A stretch of DNA of 47,321 nt from an uncultured bacterium (GCA_965662235.1 CBFIGY010000022.1:1-47321), one strand, 5' to 3'. Shown: positions 20,380 through 31,041, counted from the first letter of the stretch. The notes: generated from the sequence alone by a model not told the origin. A program made the numbers and translations.

Positions 20380-22524
20380 GTGTCCTCCAACCCCTGCTTT
20401 CTCCCTTGCCCCAAAAGCCTAGAACCCCTGCTGGTCGATGAGCTGGAAGGGTGGGGGGTGGCTGCTGCCGCGGTTCCGGCAGGCGTCCTCACGCAGCTCA
20501 CTCAGGAGCAGGCCTATCACGCGTGCCTCTGGTCTCGGCTGGCCAGCCGGGTTCTCTGGCGTGTGGCAGAGGCTCCGGTTGCTGACGAACACGAGCTGTA
20601 CGCCTTCGCCCGCTCCGTCAAGTGGGAGCAGCACCTCGCTCCCAACCGCACCTTTGCGGTGCAAGCGACTGCTCATCACTCGCCCATCACCAACACCCAC
20701 TATGCTGCCTTACGGGTCAAGGACGCCGTGGTGGATCGCTTCCGTGACCAAACGGGGCAACGGCCTTCGGTGGACCTAGAGGCCCCGGACACGCGGCTGG
20801 TGCTGCACCTCTCTGAATCATGGGGCCAGCTGTACCTCGACCTCTCTGGAGAAAGCCTCCACCGCCGTGGCTACCGAGAAGGCGCTGGTGAGGCCCCGAT
20901 CAAGGAAAACCTAGCGGCGGCCGTCCTCACCCTAGCAGGCTGGCCAAAGATTGCAGCATCGGGAGGCACTCTGGTGGATCCGCTCTGTGGCGTGGGCACC
21001 TTGCCCTTAGAAGCGGCGCTCATGGCCGCCGACATTGCTCCTGGACTGCAGCGGCGGCGCTTTGGTTTTGAAGGCTGGCTGCAGCACGATCCGGCGCTCT
21101 GGGAACGCCTTCAGGAAGCCGCTCGGACCCGACGGGAAGCCGGGCGGAACACGCTGCCCAAGATTGTCGGGTACGACGCCGATGGCCGCTTGATCCGCAA
21201 AGCCCTGGAAGCACGAGACCGTCTGGGGCTGCAGCAGCAGGTCCACTTTGAAAAACGGGAGCTGGGGCAACTGGAAGCCGGACCCTGGGCGCCCGGACTC
21301 GTGGTGGCCAATCCGCCTTATGGCGAACGGCTGGGCTCACTGCATCAGCTGCTTCCCCTGTATGCGCACTTCGGGAGCCGTCTCAAGCAGGCGTTCGGAG
21401 GGTGGCGTGGCGCGGTGCTGACGTCTGAGCCGGAGCTGGCAAAGGCGCTGGGGGTCCGGGCCGATCACCGTCCGATGCTCTACAACGGGCGCTTGGCGTG
21501 CCGCCTTTATGCCTTTGACCTGCACTCCCGTTCCGAAGCCGGAGCGCCGCAGCCGACCTCGGCACTGGAACTGTTGGCTCCGGAGGATCCGGTGCGGATG
21601 CTGGTCAACCGGATCCGCAAGAACCAGAAGCGCCTCAAGTCGTGGCTGCAGCGAGACCGAGTGACCTGCTTTCGGGTGTATGATGCGGACCTTCCGGAGT
21701 ACAACCTGGCGGTGGATGTTTATGAAGACTGGGGCGTTGTTCAGGAGTACCAGGCGCCTTCCAGTGTCGATCCACAGAAGGCGCAGCAGCGTCTGCGAGC
21801 GGCACTGACGGTGCTTCCGGAAGTGCTGGGGGTGCCCCCGGAGCGTCTGGTCTTCAAGGTGCGGGGACGGCAACGCAAGGGGTTCCGCTATGAAGGTGGC
21901 GCGCCTGAACGGAACCTGCACGAGGTCGGAGAGTCCGGAATGCGCTTCTGGGTGAACTTCACCGATACCCTAGACACGGGGCTGTTCCTGGACCACCGCT
22001 GGACCCGGAAGTGGATCCGGGAACGGGCCGGGCAGGCTCGGTTCCTCAACCTCTTTGGCTACACCGGAACCGCCACAGTTGCCGCTGCCAAGGGAGGTGC
22101 CCGGAAGACCACGACGGTGGACCTTTCCCCACGTTTTCTGGAGTGGGCGGACCGGAACTTCACGCTCAACGGCCTCTCGGACCGCAAGCATACGCTCATC
22201 CGGGCCGATGTCCCAGACTGGCTGGAACGGGCCTCTGGGGAGTTTGACCTGATCTTTGTGGACCCGCCGACGTTTTCCAACTCCGCCCGGGCGGAGGACT
22301 TTGACGTTCAGCGGGATCATCCGGAGCTGCTGCGGCAGGCCATGCGACTCCTGGCGCCAGAAGGCACCCTGCTCTTTACCAATCACTTCCGGCGGTTTAA
22401 ACTGGATCCTGCGCTGGAAGAGGCCTTTCACTGCGAAAGCCTTCACCCCCGCACCATCCCTCCCGACTTTGCCCGCAATCCCAAAACCCACTGGGCCTGG
22501 ACCCTGAGACATCGAAACCCATGA
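20380..22524 (+). CDS. rlmKL: Bifunctional 23S rRNA methyltransferase RlmKL
   Basis: THUMP region, SLHRRGYR, APIKENLAAA, NPPYGERLG, YDADLPEY, DTGLFLDHR, LNLFGYTG, DPPTFSNS. Confidence 0.93.
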   Translation: MSSNPCFLPCPKSLEPLLVDELEGWGVAAAAVPAGVLTQLTQEQAYHACLWSRLASRVLWRVAEAPVADEHELYAFARSVKWEQHLAPNRTFAVQATAHHSPITNTHYAALRVKDAVVDRFRDQTGQRPSVDLEAPDTRLVLHLSESWGQLYLDLSGESLHRRGYREGAGEAPIKENLAAAVLTLAGWPKIAASGGTLVDPLCGVGTLPLEAALMAADIAPGLQRRRFGFEGWLQHDPALWERLQEAARTRREAGRNTLPKIVGYDADGRLIRKALEARDRLGLQQQVHFEKRELGQLEAGPWAPGLVVANPPYGERLGSLHQLLPLYAHFGSRLKQAFGGWRGAVLTSEPELAKALGVRADHRPMLYNGRLACRLYAFDLHSRSEAGAPQPTSALELLAPEDPVRMLVNRIRKNQKRLKSWLQRDRVTCFRVYDADLPEYNLAVDVYEDWGVVQEYQAPSSVDPQKAQQRLRAALTVLPEVLGVPPERLVFKVRGRQRKGFRYEGGAPERNLHEVGESGMRFWVNFTDTLDTGLFLDHRWTRKWIRERAGQARFLNLFGYTGTATVAAAKGGARKTTTVDLSPRFLEWADRNFTLNGLSDRKHTLIRADVPDWLERASGEFDLIFVDPPTFSNSARAEDFDVQRDHPELLRQAMRLLAPEGTLLFTNHFRRFKLDPALEEAFHCESLHPRTIPPDFARNPKTHWAWTLRHRNP

Positions 22525-23027
22525 AACACTGGCTCCTCCTCCTCTTGATCTGCCTGACCACCGGCATGGTGGGAGCGCAGGAATCCGTAACCCGCGAGCA
22601 GGTTCTGACGTTGCTTGAAGGACGGCACTGGACGGTGCCCACAGAGCGTCTGCAGCAACTAGGACCCGACGCCGCGCCGCAGCTGCAGGCCATTGCAGAA
22701 GACCCGACGCTCATCAACTACCTCCGGTTCCGTGCCCTAGAGGCCCTGGGGGTGCTGCCAACAGACGACACCGCGACCTACTTAGAAACCGTTGCCCGGA
22801 GTGGCCAACGCTACTTCGCCCGTCGTGGGCTGAGTGCCTTTGAGCAGGGGTTCCGGGACTCACGTCCTGAGCAGGTCCGGAGCCTGGCTCGTGAACTGGC
22901 CGAGGCACCGCTGCCGGAGGTCCGGGTGACCGCTGGGCGCATGCTGCGTTCCCTTGATCCACCGGCATACCGGCAGCTGCTGCGTCAGGAGTCGGAGCCG
23001 TGGGTCCGGCAGGAACTGGAGCAATGA
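22521..23027 (+). CDS. Secreted HEAT-repeat-like hypothetical protein
   Basis: Signal peptide, helical repeats (LRFRALEALG, VRVTAGRML); ATGA-coupled to both neighbours. Confidence 0.65.
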   Translation: MKHWLLLLLICLTTGMVGAQESVTREQVLTLLEGRHWTVPTERLQQLGPDAAPQLQAIAEDPTLINYLRFRALEALGVLPTDDTATYLETVARSGQRYFARRGLSAFEQGFRDSRPEQVRSLARELAEAPLPEVRVTAGRMLRSLDPPAYRQLLRQESEPWVRQELEQ

Positions 23028-23629
23028 GGCAACAGCACTGGGTGTTTGACATGGATGGGACGCTGACGATTGCGGCCCATGACTTTCCCGCCATCAAACG
23101 CGAGCTCGGCATCCCCGAGGATCAGCCCATCGTCCGGACCCTCAACGAAATGCCTGAGGCCCAAGCGGCGCCGCTGCGAGTCCGGCTGCAGGAGATTGAG
23201 GCGGAGATTGCACGGCAAGCGCAGCCTGCACCGGGTGTCTATGATCTGCTCGAAACCCTCACGGCACAGGGACGGCGCTTGGGCATCCTCACGCTCAACT
23301 CCCGGGAAAACGCCTGGATCACCCTTGAAGCGTTGGACCTGGCCCACTTCTTTGAACCGGCGTCCGTCCTGGGACGCTGGTGCCTGAAAAACCCCAAGCC
23401 GGCTCCTGATGGCCTGAACCACCTGCTGCAGCACTGGCAGAGCGCACCGGACGATGCCGTCATGGTGGGAGACTTTCGCTGGGACCTAGAGACCGGCCGC
23501 GCTGCCGGAGTGGCAACCGTTCACATTGACCCCTCTGCCGCCTTTCCATGGCCTGAACTAACCGACCACCGTTTTTCCTCACTTACGGATCTGCAGCAGC
23601 AGTTGCAGTCGCCTACAGCCCCCTTCTAA
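23024..23629 (+). CDS. HAD-superfamily hydrolase (subfamily IA)
   Basis: Motif I FDMDGTL, PKPAPDG, MVGD...D..TGRAAG. Confidence 0.9.
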   Translation: MRQQHWVFDMDGTLTIAAHDFPAIKRELGIPEDQPIVRTLNEMPEAQAAPLRVRLQEIEAEIARQAQPAPGVYDLLETLTAQGRRLGILTLNSRENAWITLEALDLAHFFEPASVLGRWCLKNPKPAPDGLNHLLQHWQSAPDDAVMVGDFRWDLETGRAAGVATVHIDPSAAFPWPELTDHRFSSLTDLQQQLQSPTAPF

Positions 23630-23815
23630 GCCCCTTTCCTCAAAGCGGTATCAGGAGATTTACTTAGGAATTTCCTCAATCGATTCAGAGAATTTCTGTA
23701 AAGATTAGTTGATTTTTTTCGACGGCTGTCCTAGAACAAAGAGAACTCTTTACACGCACAGTCCCCGCCTCTGTTGCTGTCCTGATCTGCTGAAGCTGAT
23801 GCTTCAGTTCCTCCT

Positions 23816-26800
23816 ATGTTTCTCTCAATTAGGCAGAAACTAATGGCCGCCTTCACGGCCATTTTGACCCTGTCAGCGCTGGCAACGCTGATTGGGGTGA
23901 TGCAACTGGACCGCTTGGACCTCACCCTTCATCACATCACCCAAGAGACAGTTCCCTACCTGGTCCGGACCGAGAAGATGCTTGCGGACACCTACGTCAT
24001 GGAGGTGGAAACCCGGAACCTGGTGGCTGCTCGAGACCTAGAGCGGGCGCAGGAGGCGGTCGCCAGTTACAACCAGGCGCATCAGGCGCTGATGAACGAC
24101 CTCCACTGGCTGTACAACGAGCACGCGAACGACGAGCACAGCCTCAGCCTGATTGCGCTGGATACCGGCCTGAACAACTACCAGTTCCTTTATGAAGCCT
24201 TCCGGAAGGAGGCCCTAGCGTATCAACAGCTCAAGGTGTCGGAACCTCCTTTAGTCCTCGTCCAGGTACACGACGGGCTGGTTACGCAGCTGACGGAGCA
24301 GCATGGTCCGGCCATCGACGAGTTGCAGCAGCACCTGATCCAGTTCATGACCGACATGAGCCAAGCGCTGGAGGAGGATGAGCTCGTGAGCGCGGACCGC
24401 TTTTTCAGCGTCCAGGCGTCAATGCTCCTTCTGCTGGCAGTGGCGATTGTCATTGGGCTCAGCATTGCGCGGCTGGTGTCGCGTTCCATCAACCGGTCGC
24501 TCCAACTGGCTCAGCGTCAGGCCTCTCAGGTGGTGGCCGGAAACCTTCAGGAAGCCGCACTCTACTCCGGCCGGGATGAGGTGGGGGCGCTCATTGAGGA
24601 CCTTAACCACATGACCGGGGTGCTGCGACGTCTTCAGGAAGAGAATGAGCAGCGGACCTGGGTGGATCAGAACCTGGCCCGCCTGCACGAGACGGCGCAG
24701 GGAGAAAAAGGATTGGAGGAGCTGAGCCGCCAGATCCTGGTGACGCTCTGCGAGTGCATCCGTGCGCAGTTAGGAACCCTGTACCTGCGCAAGGATACCG
24801 ACGAGGCAGGTTACCCCTGGATCCAACCGGAGCTGCACCTGCAGGCCACCTATGCGCTGGACAAGGAACAGGTACCGTCTCGGTTTCGGTGGGGAGAGGG
24901 GTTGACAGGACAGGCGGCCAAGGACGGCCGGTGGCTGCAAGTGGAGGAGGTGCCGTCGCATTACTTCACAGCAGCCTCAGGGCTGGGGAAGGCATCGACG
25001 CTGTCTTTGTTGGTGGCCCCCTTTTGGTTTGGTCAGGACGTCCGGGGAGTCATTGAGGTGGCGTCTCTGCATCCGTGGAGCACGTTGGAGCTGGAACTGC
25101 TTGAGCGGGGGTTGAAGGTGACCGGCGTTGCAATACAGGCCGCCTTCAACCGTGAGGAGCTGATCCGAAGCCTCAAGGACTCGCAGGCCTTTACGGAGGA
25201 GCTACAGGTCCAGCAGGAGGAACTGCAGGCCACCAATGAGGAGCTGGCGACACAAAGTCAGGCGCTGGAAGAGTCGCAGCTGGAGCTGGCAGAACGCAAC
25301 CTGCGGCTGGAGCAGGCCCAGAGCGCCCTCAACACTCGAGCCCAGCAGCTGCAGCAGGCCTCGCAGTACAAGTCGGAGTTTCTGGCCAACATGAGCCACG
25401 AGCTTCGGACGCCGCTCAATTCGATCCTGCTGCTCTCCCGGATGATGGCTGGGGACCTGCAGGAGGTGGAGGTTCAGCAGCACGCTGAGGTGATCCGGGA
25501 GGCAGGAGAGGAGCTTTTGTTGATGATCGACGACCTCCTGGACCTCTCTCGGATTGAGGCCGGAAAGATGCCGATTGCCCTGAACCGTGTGGACCTCCGG
25601 GAGTTTGTGGAGAGCTTCCACGGGCTCTTTCAGCCGCAGGCACAGGAGCAGGGCTTGCGGTTCCGGATTGAGGCGGATGATCAGGTTCCAGAGTGGATTG
25701 AGAGCGACCAAACCCGACTTCAGCAGGTGATCCGGAACTTTCTGTCCAACGCCTTCAAGTTCACGAAATGGGGGGAAGTGACTCTGCGAGTGGAGCCGGT
25801 GTCTGAGGCGGTCATTGAAAATCTGGCCACCTATGGGTCGCTGAAGACGCACCTCCGGGAGGAGGCCGAGGCGTATGTGGTGTTCAGTGTGTCAGACACC
25901 GGAGTCGGCATTCCGGGCAACAAGTTTCAGTTGGTGTTTGAGGCGTTCCGGCAGGTCGATGGCTCAATCAGTCGTGAGTACGGTGGAACCGGGCTGGGGC
26001 TGGCGATTTCCGCACAGATTGCCCACCTGCTCGAGGGGGCGCTCGCCCTGCAGTCGTCAACGGCATCAGACGGTCATGGGTCGATTTTCAGCCTGGTGGT
26101 GCCGGTCCGTCCCAGTGAGGCATTGCTGCAGGTTGCAGACTCATCGGATCTGCGTTTTCCGTCCTGGGAAGAGGCTTCTCCTGCACGTGGAAACACGGTC
26201 CAGCTGGAGGACGACCGTCATCGGGTGACGAATCCGGAAGCCCGGACCCTGCTGGTGGTGGAGGACGATCCGCTCGTCGCGCCGTTGGTCCTGCAGCTGG
26301 GACGCGAGCTGGGGTATCAGGTGCTTCATGCGTCAAGTGGCATCGAAGGCCTCCGCCTCGCAGAACAGTACCTTCCGAAGCTGATTGTGCTCTCGGCCGA
26401 AGCGGCGTTGATGAACGGCTGGAGTGTTCTGCGTCAGCTGAAACAGCAGGATGCAACAAGTCACATTCCGGTGGTTCTGCTTTCTCAGGAAGACGAGGAG
26501 GCCCTGGGGCTGCGGCTGGGGGCCTTCACGTTTCTGCGGAAACCGGTACCGGTTGAGGAGCTGCGTCAGGTTTTGAAACGTGCAGAGGAACGCCAGCAGC
26601 GGTCGCTCAAGCGGTTGCTGATTGTGGAAGACCGGGAGCTGGAGCGTCAGGCGATTCAGGAGCTGCTGGAGTGCGGAACCGAGCTGGAGTGCGAGGCCGT
26701 AACGCGCGGAGCCGATGCGATTGAAGCGCTGCGGAGCAACCGCTTTGACACCTGCATCCTCGACCTGTCGCTTCCGGACCTGAGTGGCTTTGAGGTGCTT

Positions 26801-27436
26801 CAGCAGGTGCGGCAGGACCCGGCGATCGAGCGCGTTCCCATCATCGTGTACACGAGCCAGAGCCTCACCTTGGAAGAGGAACGAGACCTCCGGGAGATGG
26901 CTCAGTCGATCATTCTGAAGACGGCCGACTCACCGGCGCGGTTGCTGGAGGAAACGACGCTGTTCCTCCACCGGAACCGAGGTCAGCTGAGCACAGGGCG
27001 TCAGGAACTGCTGCAAGCCCTGCAGGAGGCGGAGCCGGCGTTCGCTGGCAAGACGGTGCTGCTTGCGGACGATGACATCCGCAGTGCCTACGCGCTTGCG
27101 AGCCTCTTGAAGCGGAAGGGTCTCCAGGTGCTGACGGCAGCTGACGGAACCGAGGCCCTGGACCTAGCGGATCAGCACCGCGAGCAGATCAACCTCATCT
27201 TGATGGATGTGATGATGCCGGGCCTAGATGGGTTGGAAGTCATCCGACGCCTGCGGGCGCAGAAGCGCTTTGCGACGCTGCCGATTCTGGCTCTGACCGC
27301 CAAGGCCATGAAGGGGGACCGAGACGGGTGCCTGGCAGTAGGAGCCTCGGACTACCTGACCAAGCCGATTGACGAAGACCAACTGCTGTCGCTGCTGCGC
27401 CTGTGGCTCAGCCCCCAGAGGACTCATGAGCGTTGA
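23816..27436 (+). CDS. Membrane hybrid histidine kinase (periplasmic 4-helix sensor, HAMP, GAF, HisKA/HATPase, three receiver domains)
   Basis: Two TMs, H-box FLANMSHELRTPLN, N-box NFLSNAFKFT, DTGVGI, GGTGLGL, three REC domains. Confidence 0.92.
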   Translation: MFLSIRQKLMAAFTAILTLSALATLIGVMQLDRLDLTLHHITQETVPYLVRTEKMLADTYVMEVETRNLVAARDLERAQEAVASYNQAHQALMNDLHWLYNEHANDEHSLSLIALDTGLNNYQFLYEAFRKEALAYQQLKVSEPPLVLVQVHDGLVTQLTEQHGPAIDELQQHLIQFMTDMSQALEEDELVSADRFFSVQASMLLLLAVAIVIGLSIARLVSRSINRSLQLAQRQASQVVAGNLQEAALYSGRDEVGALIEDLNHMTGVLRRLQEENEQRTWVDQNLARLHETAQGEKGLEELSRQILVTLCECIRAQLGTLYLRKDTDEAGYPWIQPELHLQATYALDKEQVPSRFRWGEGLTGQAAKDGRWLQVEEVPSHYFTAASGLGKASTLSLLVAPFWFGQDVRGVIEVASLHPWSTLELELLERGLKVTGVAIQAAFNREELIRSLKDSQAFTEELQVQQEELQATNEELATQSQALEESQLELAERNLRLEQAQSALNTRAQQLQQASQYKSEFLANMSHELRTPLNSILLLSRMMAGDLQEVEVQQHAEVIREAGEELLLMIDDLLDLSRIEAGKMPIALNRVDLREFVESFHGLFQPQAQEQGLRFRIEADDQVPEWIESDQTRLQQVIRNFLSNAFKFTKWGEVTLRVEPVSEAVIENLATYGSLKTHLREEAEAYVVFSVSDTGVGIPGNKFQLVFEAFRQVDGSISREYGGTGLGLAISAQIAHLLEGALALQSSTASDGHGSIFSLVVPVRPSEALLQVADSSDLRFPSWEEASPARGNTVQLEDDRHRVTNPEARTLLVVEDDPLVAPLVLQLGRELGYQVLHASSGIEGLRLAEQYLPKLIVLSAEAALMNGWSVLRQLKQQDATSHIPVVLLSQEDEEALGLRLGAFTFLRKPVPVEELRQVLKRAEERQQRSLKRLLIVEDRELERQAIQELLECGTELECEAVTRGADAIEALRSNRFDTCILDLSLPDLSGFEVLQQVRQDPAIERVPIIVYTSQSLTLEEERDLREMAQSIILKTADSPARLLEETTLFLHRNRGQLSTGRQELLQALQEAEPAFAGKTVLLADDDIRSAYALASLLKRKGLQVLTAADGTEALDLADQHREQINLILMDVMMPGLDGLEVIRRLRAQKRFATLPILALTAKAMKGDRDGCLAVGASDYLTKPIDEDQLLSLLRLWLSPQRTHER

Positions 27437-28247
27437 GCTTCCCTGTCCGGAAGCCCTAGGGCGCTTGACCCACTACCTCTTTCAGGCGTGGGGCGATGAC
27501 TTCCGGCACTACAAATGCGCCAGCCTTGCCCGACGTGTGGCCCTGACGCTGATGCAGCATCAGCTTTCCAACCTGGATGAACTGCTGGAGCGGCTCAAGG
27601 ACGATGAGGGCCTCCGGGAGGGGTTGCGCAGTAATCTGTCGATCAACGTCACCGCCTTTTTCCGGGATCCCCCGGTGTTCCGGTACCTGCAGGAGCACGT
27701 GTTTCCCTGGCTGGCCACTCACCCGTCGATCCGAATCTGGTCGGCCGGAATGGCCTCTGGAGCAGAGCCGTGGTCGCTTTCCATCCTGCTCCATGAAGCG
27801 GGGCTGGCAGAACGGAGCGTGATCTATGCGACCGACTTCAACCCCCACATGGTGGAGCAGGCTCAGCGGGGGGAGGTGCCGTTTAAGCGCCTGAAGGAGG
27901 CTGGTCAGAGTTATCAGGAGGCCGGAGGTCAAGGGGTGTTTTCTCAGTACCTGACGCGGCACTCCTCTGGGACGTGTCTGGATCCTCAGCTGCGCCGGCC
28001 CCTTGTTTTTGCCACCCATAATCTCGCCACAGACGGAGTTTTCAACCACTTTCACCTGATCCTGTGCCGAAACGTTTTGATCTACTTTGATTCTTTTCTC
28101 ACTGATCGCGCCTTGGGGCTGTTTGCCGACAGCCTGACGGAGCGTGGGTTCCTTACACTCGGACTCAAGGAGTCCTTGGGAAGCGGTGTTGGTCACCGTG
28201 CCTTTGAGGAGCAGACGTCGGCGCTAAAAGTCTATCGAAAGCGATGA
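27426..28247 (+). CDS. cheR: CheR-family SAM-dependent protein-glutamate methyltransferase
   Basis: SINVTAFFRDP, RIWSAG..SG.EP.S, IYATD, HNL, ILCRNVLIYFD. Confidence 0.88.
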   Translation: MSVELPCPEALGRLTHYLFQAWGDDFRHYKCASLARRVALTLMQHQLSNLDELLERLKDDEGLREGLRSNLSINVTAFFRDPPVFRYLQEHVFPWLATHPSIRIWSAGMASGAEPWSLSILLHEAGLAERSVIYATDFNPHMVEQAQRGEVPFKRLKEAGQSYQEAGGQGVFSQYLTRHSSGTCLDPQLRRPLVFATHNLATDGVFNHFHLILCRNVLIYFDSFLTDRALGLFADSLTERGFLTLGLKESLGSGVGHRAFEEQTSALKVYRKR

Positions 28248-29464
28248 ATAAGCCTTACTTTCCCCAAGAACCGGTGCTGATTGTGGACGATCAGTCCAAA
28301 AACCGCTTTGCCTTCCGCCAGACGCTGCGGCTGGCAGGCATTCCCAGCGTGGAGGTGACTTCCGGAACCGAGGCCCTCCGGTTTTTGCTCAACCAGCAGG
28401 TTTCGCTGATTCTGCTGGACATCCAGATGCCGGGCATGAACGGTTTTGAGACCGCTCAGTTCATCCGCCAGAATCCGGATTACCAGGAAGTGCCCATTCT
28501 CTTCATCACGGCGACCTACCGTTCAGATGATTTTGCGGATTACGGATACTCGGTGGGTGCCTACGACTACCTGACCAAGCCGGTGGACAACCGTCTGCTG
28601 GTCAGCAAGGTGAAGCTGTTCCGGGCGCTTTATTTTGAAAAACAGGAGCTGCGTCAGGCCCATCAGCAGCTGCAGTGGCAGCATGAGCAGCTGAAGGCGG
28701 TCAAGACGCAGGCGTTTCAGACGGCTAAACTGGTGGCTTTGGGAAAGCTGGCCACCGGAGTGGCCCATGAAATCAACAATCCGCTGACGTTTGTCAACAG
28801 CATGCTGGAGGACTGGTCTGAGGAACTTCAGGAGGCTGAAGAAATTGACCGGAAGGAGCTTCAGGCGGACCTCAGGCAGGGGCTTCTGCAGACGAAGCGG
28901 ATTGCCAAGATTGTCCGGCACCTGATGGTCTTTGGACGCGGAGAGGACGGAACCCACGGGGCTGCAGACCTGAAGGTGGTGCTGGCCAACAGCCGGATGC
29001 TCATTGGCGAGCAGCTGCGGGAGCAGGGGGTGGACTTTGAGGTGGACCTTCCGGAGGGCCTGCCGTTTCTGCAAGGGAGCCTTTATGAGCTGGAGCAGCT
29101 GCTGTTGAACCTGCTGCACAATGCGTTGGAAGCCTTTGATCCGTCGGCTGACCGGAAAATGCTTCGTCTGACCGCTCAAGTGGAACCCGATGGTTCCTGG
29201 GTGACCCTGCGCATTCAGGACAACGGTCCGGGCATTGCGGAGGAGACCCTTTCAAAGATCTTCGACCCCTTCTTCACCACAAAGGACATTGGACGTGGCG
29301 CGGGGTTGGGGCTGGCGGTCAGCCATGGTCTGGCACGGGCCATGGGAGGGAGCATCACCTGCGAGTCTTCCGGCTCAACGGGCACAACCTTCAGCGTGAC
29401 GCTTCCGGTGGCAGAGCCGTTTGTGCGGCGACTCGAAGCGGAGGAGGCTCTCAGTGAGGGATAG
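28244..29464 (+). CDS. Receiver-domain histidine kinase (REC-HisKA-HATPase)
   Basis: LIVDD, ILLDIQMPGMNG, GVAHEINNPL, NLLHNA, DNGPGI, FDPFFTTK, G.GLGL. Confidence 0.92.
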   Translation: MNKPYFPQEPVLIVDDQSKNRFAFRQTLRLAGIPSVEVTSGTEALRFLLNQQVSLILLDIQMPGMNGFETAQFIRQNPDYQEVPILFITATYRSDDFADYGYSVGAYDYLTKPVDNRLLVSKVKLFRALYFEKQELRQAHQQLQWQHEQLKAVKTQAFQTAKLVALGKLATGVAHEINNPLTFVNSMLEDWSEELQEAEEIDRKELQADLRQGLLQTKRIAKIVRHLMVFGRGEDGTHGAADLKVVLANSRMLIGEQLREQGVDFEVDLPEGLPFLQGSLYELEQLLLNLLHNALEAFDPSADRKMLRLTAQVEPDGSWVTLRIQDNGPGIAEETLSKIFDPFFTTKDIGRGAGLGLAVSHGLARAMGGSITCESSGSTGTTFSVTLPVAEPFVRRLEAEEALSEG

Positions 29465-29481
29465 CGAGGGACAAAGGAACC

Positions 29482-29557
29482 TGGAGCGGCAGACGGGTCT
29501 CGAACCCGCGACCTGCAGCTTGGGAAGCTGCCGCTCTACCAACTGAGCTACTGCCGC
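29482..29557 (-). tRNA. tRNA-Gly (anticodon CCC)
   Basis: Minus strand GCGGCAGTAGCTCAGTTGGTAGAGCGGCAGCTT-CCC-AAGCTGCAGGTCGCGGGTTCGAGACCCGTCTGCCGCTCCA, complete cloverleaf with CCA. Confidence 0.97.
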
Positions 29558-29665
29558 GTGAGGAAGGACGGATGGGGATACCGTATGAGTGATCATACGA
29601 GGAACCCGGAGTAAAAATCAACTGAGAATGTACGGGGTTGGCGTGTGCTTTCACCCGGGTTGACG

Positions 29666-30946
29666 TCAGGGAAGGAGGTCCCGGAGCCGGAAGTACGCCA
29701 TGGCCAGCACCAGCGAAGGAGTCCGGAGCAGGGGTCCTCCGGGAAAGGCCGCATGCGGCAGGCGGCTGCAGACGTCAAAGCGCTCAGCGAGTCCTCCCAC
29801 AGCCTCTGCCATCAGCTTGCCTGCCATGGGTCCCATGGAAACACCGTGTCCAGAGAATCCTTGGGCAAAGAGGATGTTGGGCGCCAGCCACCCAAGGTGG
29901 GGAGCCCGGTTCATGGTGATGCCCACAAACCCACCCCACGCGTACTCCATCTCCACATCGGCCAGCTGCGGGTACACCAGCAGCATGCGTTCCTTCATGG
30001 CTGCAAAGAGGTCTCGCGGCTCCAGCGTCGAGTAGCTGACCCGTCCTCCAAACAGCATGCGGTGATCGGCAGAGCACCGGTAGTAATCCAGTACAAAGTT
30101 GATGTCAGCGACGGCCTGATGGTCTGGAAGCAGCGAGCGGGCCCGCTCTTCACCGAGGGGTTCCGTGGCGCCGATGTAGGTTCCCACCGGCATCAGTTTG
30201 CTCCGGAGGGGACGGGAGAGTTTGCCGAGGTAGGCGTTTCCTGCAAGGATCACAGACTGGCACCGGACGGTTCCGGTTTCCGTCACCAGACGAGGCCGGT
30301 CCCCTGGTTCTAGGGCCAGCACCGGGCTGTCTTCGTGCACCACGGCTCCCTCCTGTTCGGCCGCACGTGCCAGTCCCAGAGTAAAGTTGAGGGGGTGAAG
30401 GTGTCCGCTGTTGGGGTCGAACAAACCGGTCCGGTAACGTTCGGAGCCAATGTGCTGGCGCAGCTCGTCTCCTTCCCACAGCTGCAGCCCTTCGTATCCG
30501 TATTCGCCTTCCAGCTCATCCCGTAATTCCCACAGCTCATTTTGCTGGCGGGGCTTGATCGCCGCGTGCATCTGCCCCTGCACCAGGTCGCAGTCGATTT
30601 GATACGTGTTCACTAGGTCCCGGACTAGGTCCAGCGACTCCAACGAAACCTTCCAGAGCTTGTGGGCATCTTCGCGTCCCACGAGGCTCCGGATGGTTGA
30701 CATCTCACAGCCAAACCCAAAGATGAACTGCCCACCGTTGCGTCCGGAGGCGCCCCACCCCACCCGGTTGGCCTCCAGCACAATCACGCGGTAGCCCCGC
30801 TGGGCCAGGTGCAGAGCTGAGCTGAGTCCGCAGGCACCGCCTCCGACCACACAGACATCTGCTTCGACCTCTCCCCTCAGGCTGGGGCGCTGGGGCGCGG
30901 CGTGAGCGGAGGCGGCATAGTAGGAAGGGACGTAAGTGCGAGACAT
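29666..30946 (-). CDS. puuB: Gamma-glutamylputrescine oxidoreductase-like FAD oxidoreductase
   Basis: SYYAASA, DVCVVGGG..GLS.ALHLA, GWGASGRNGGQ, GHLHPLN, VLDYYR.SADHRMLFGG, QGFSGHGV; adjacent to a puuA-like gene. Confidence 0.85.
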   Translation of the reverse strand: MSRTYVPSYYAASAHAAPQRPSLRGEVEADVCVVGGGACGLSSALHLAQRGYRVIVLEANRVGWGASGRNGGQFIFGFGCEMSTIRSLVGREDAHKLWKVSLESLDLVRDLVNTYQIDCDLVQGQMHAAIKPRQQNELWELRDELEGEYGYEGLQLWEGDELRQHIGSERYRTGLFDPNSGHLHPLNFTLGLARAAEQEGAVVHEDSPVLALEPGDRPRLVTETGTVRCQSVILAGNAYLGKLSRPLRSKLMPVGTYIGATEPLGEERARSLLPDHQAVADINFVLDYYRCSADHRMLFGGRVSYSTLEPRDLFAAMKERMLLVYPQLADVEMEYAWGGFVGITMNRAPHLGWLAPNILFAQGFSGHGVSMGPMAGKLMAEAVGGLAERFDVCSRLPHAAFPGGPLLRTPSLVLAMAYFRLRDLLP

Positions 30947-31041
30947 GAGGGCACACCGGGTTGGAGGTCAAAACGACGGGAGCATCGGGACAGACACCGG
31001 TTTCATTAAACCGTGTCGGGCAGCAACTCTCAAACGGTTGC

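Noticed and set aside
29465..29665. Genomic island at tRNA-Gly
   Set aside because: No integrase or tRNA-end duplication seen, and the flanking genes have host-like word usage.
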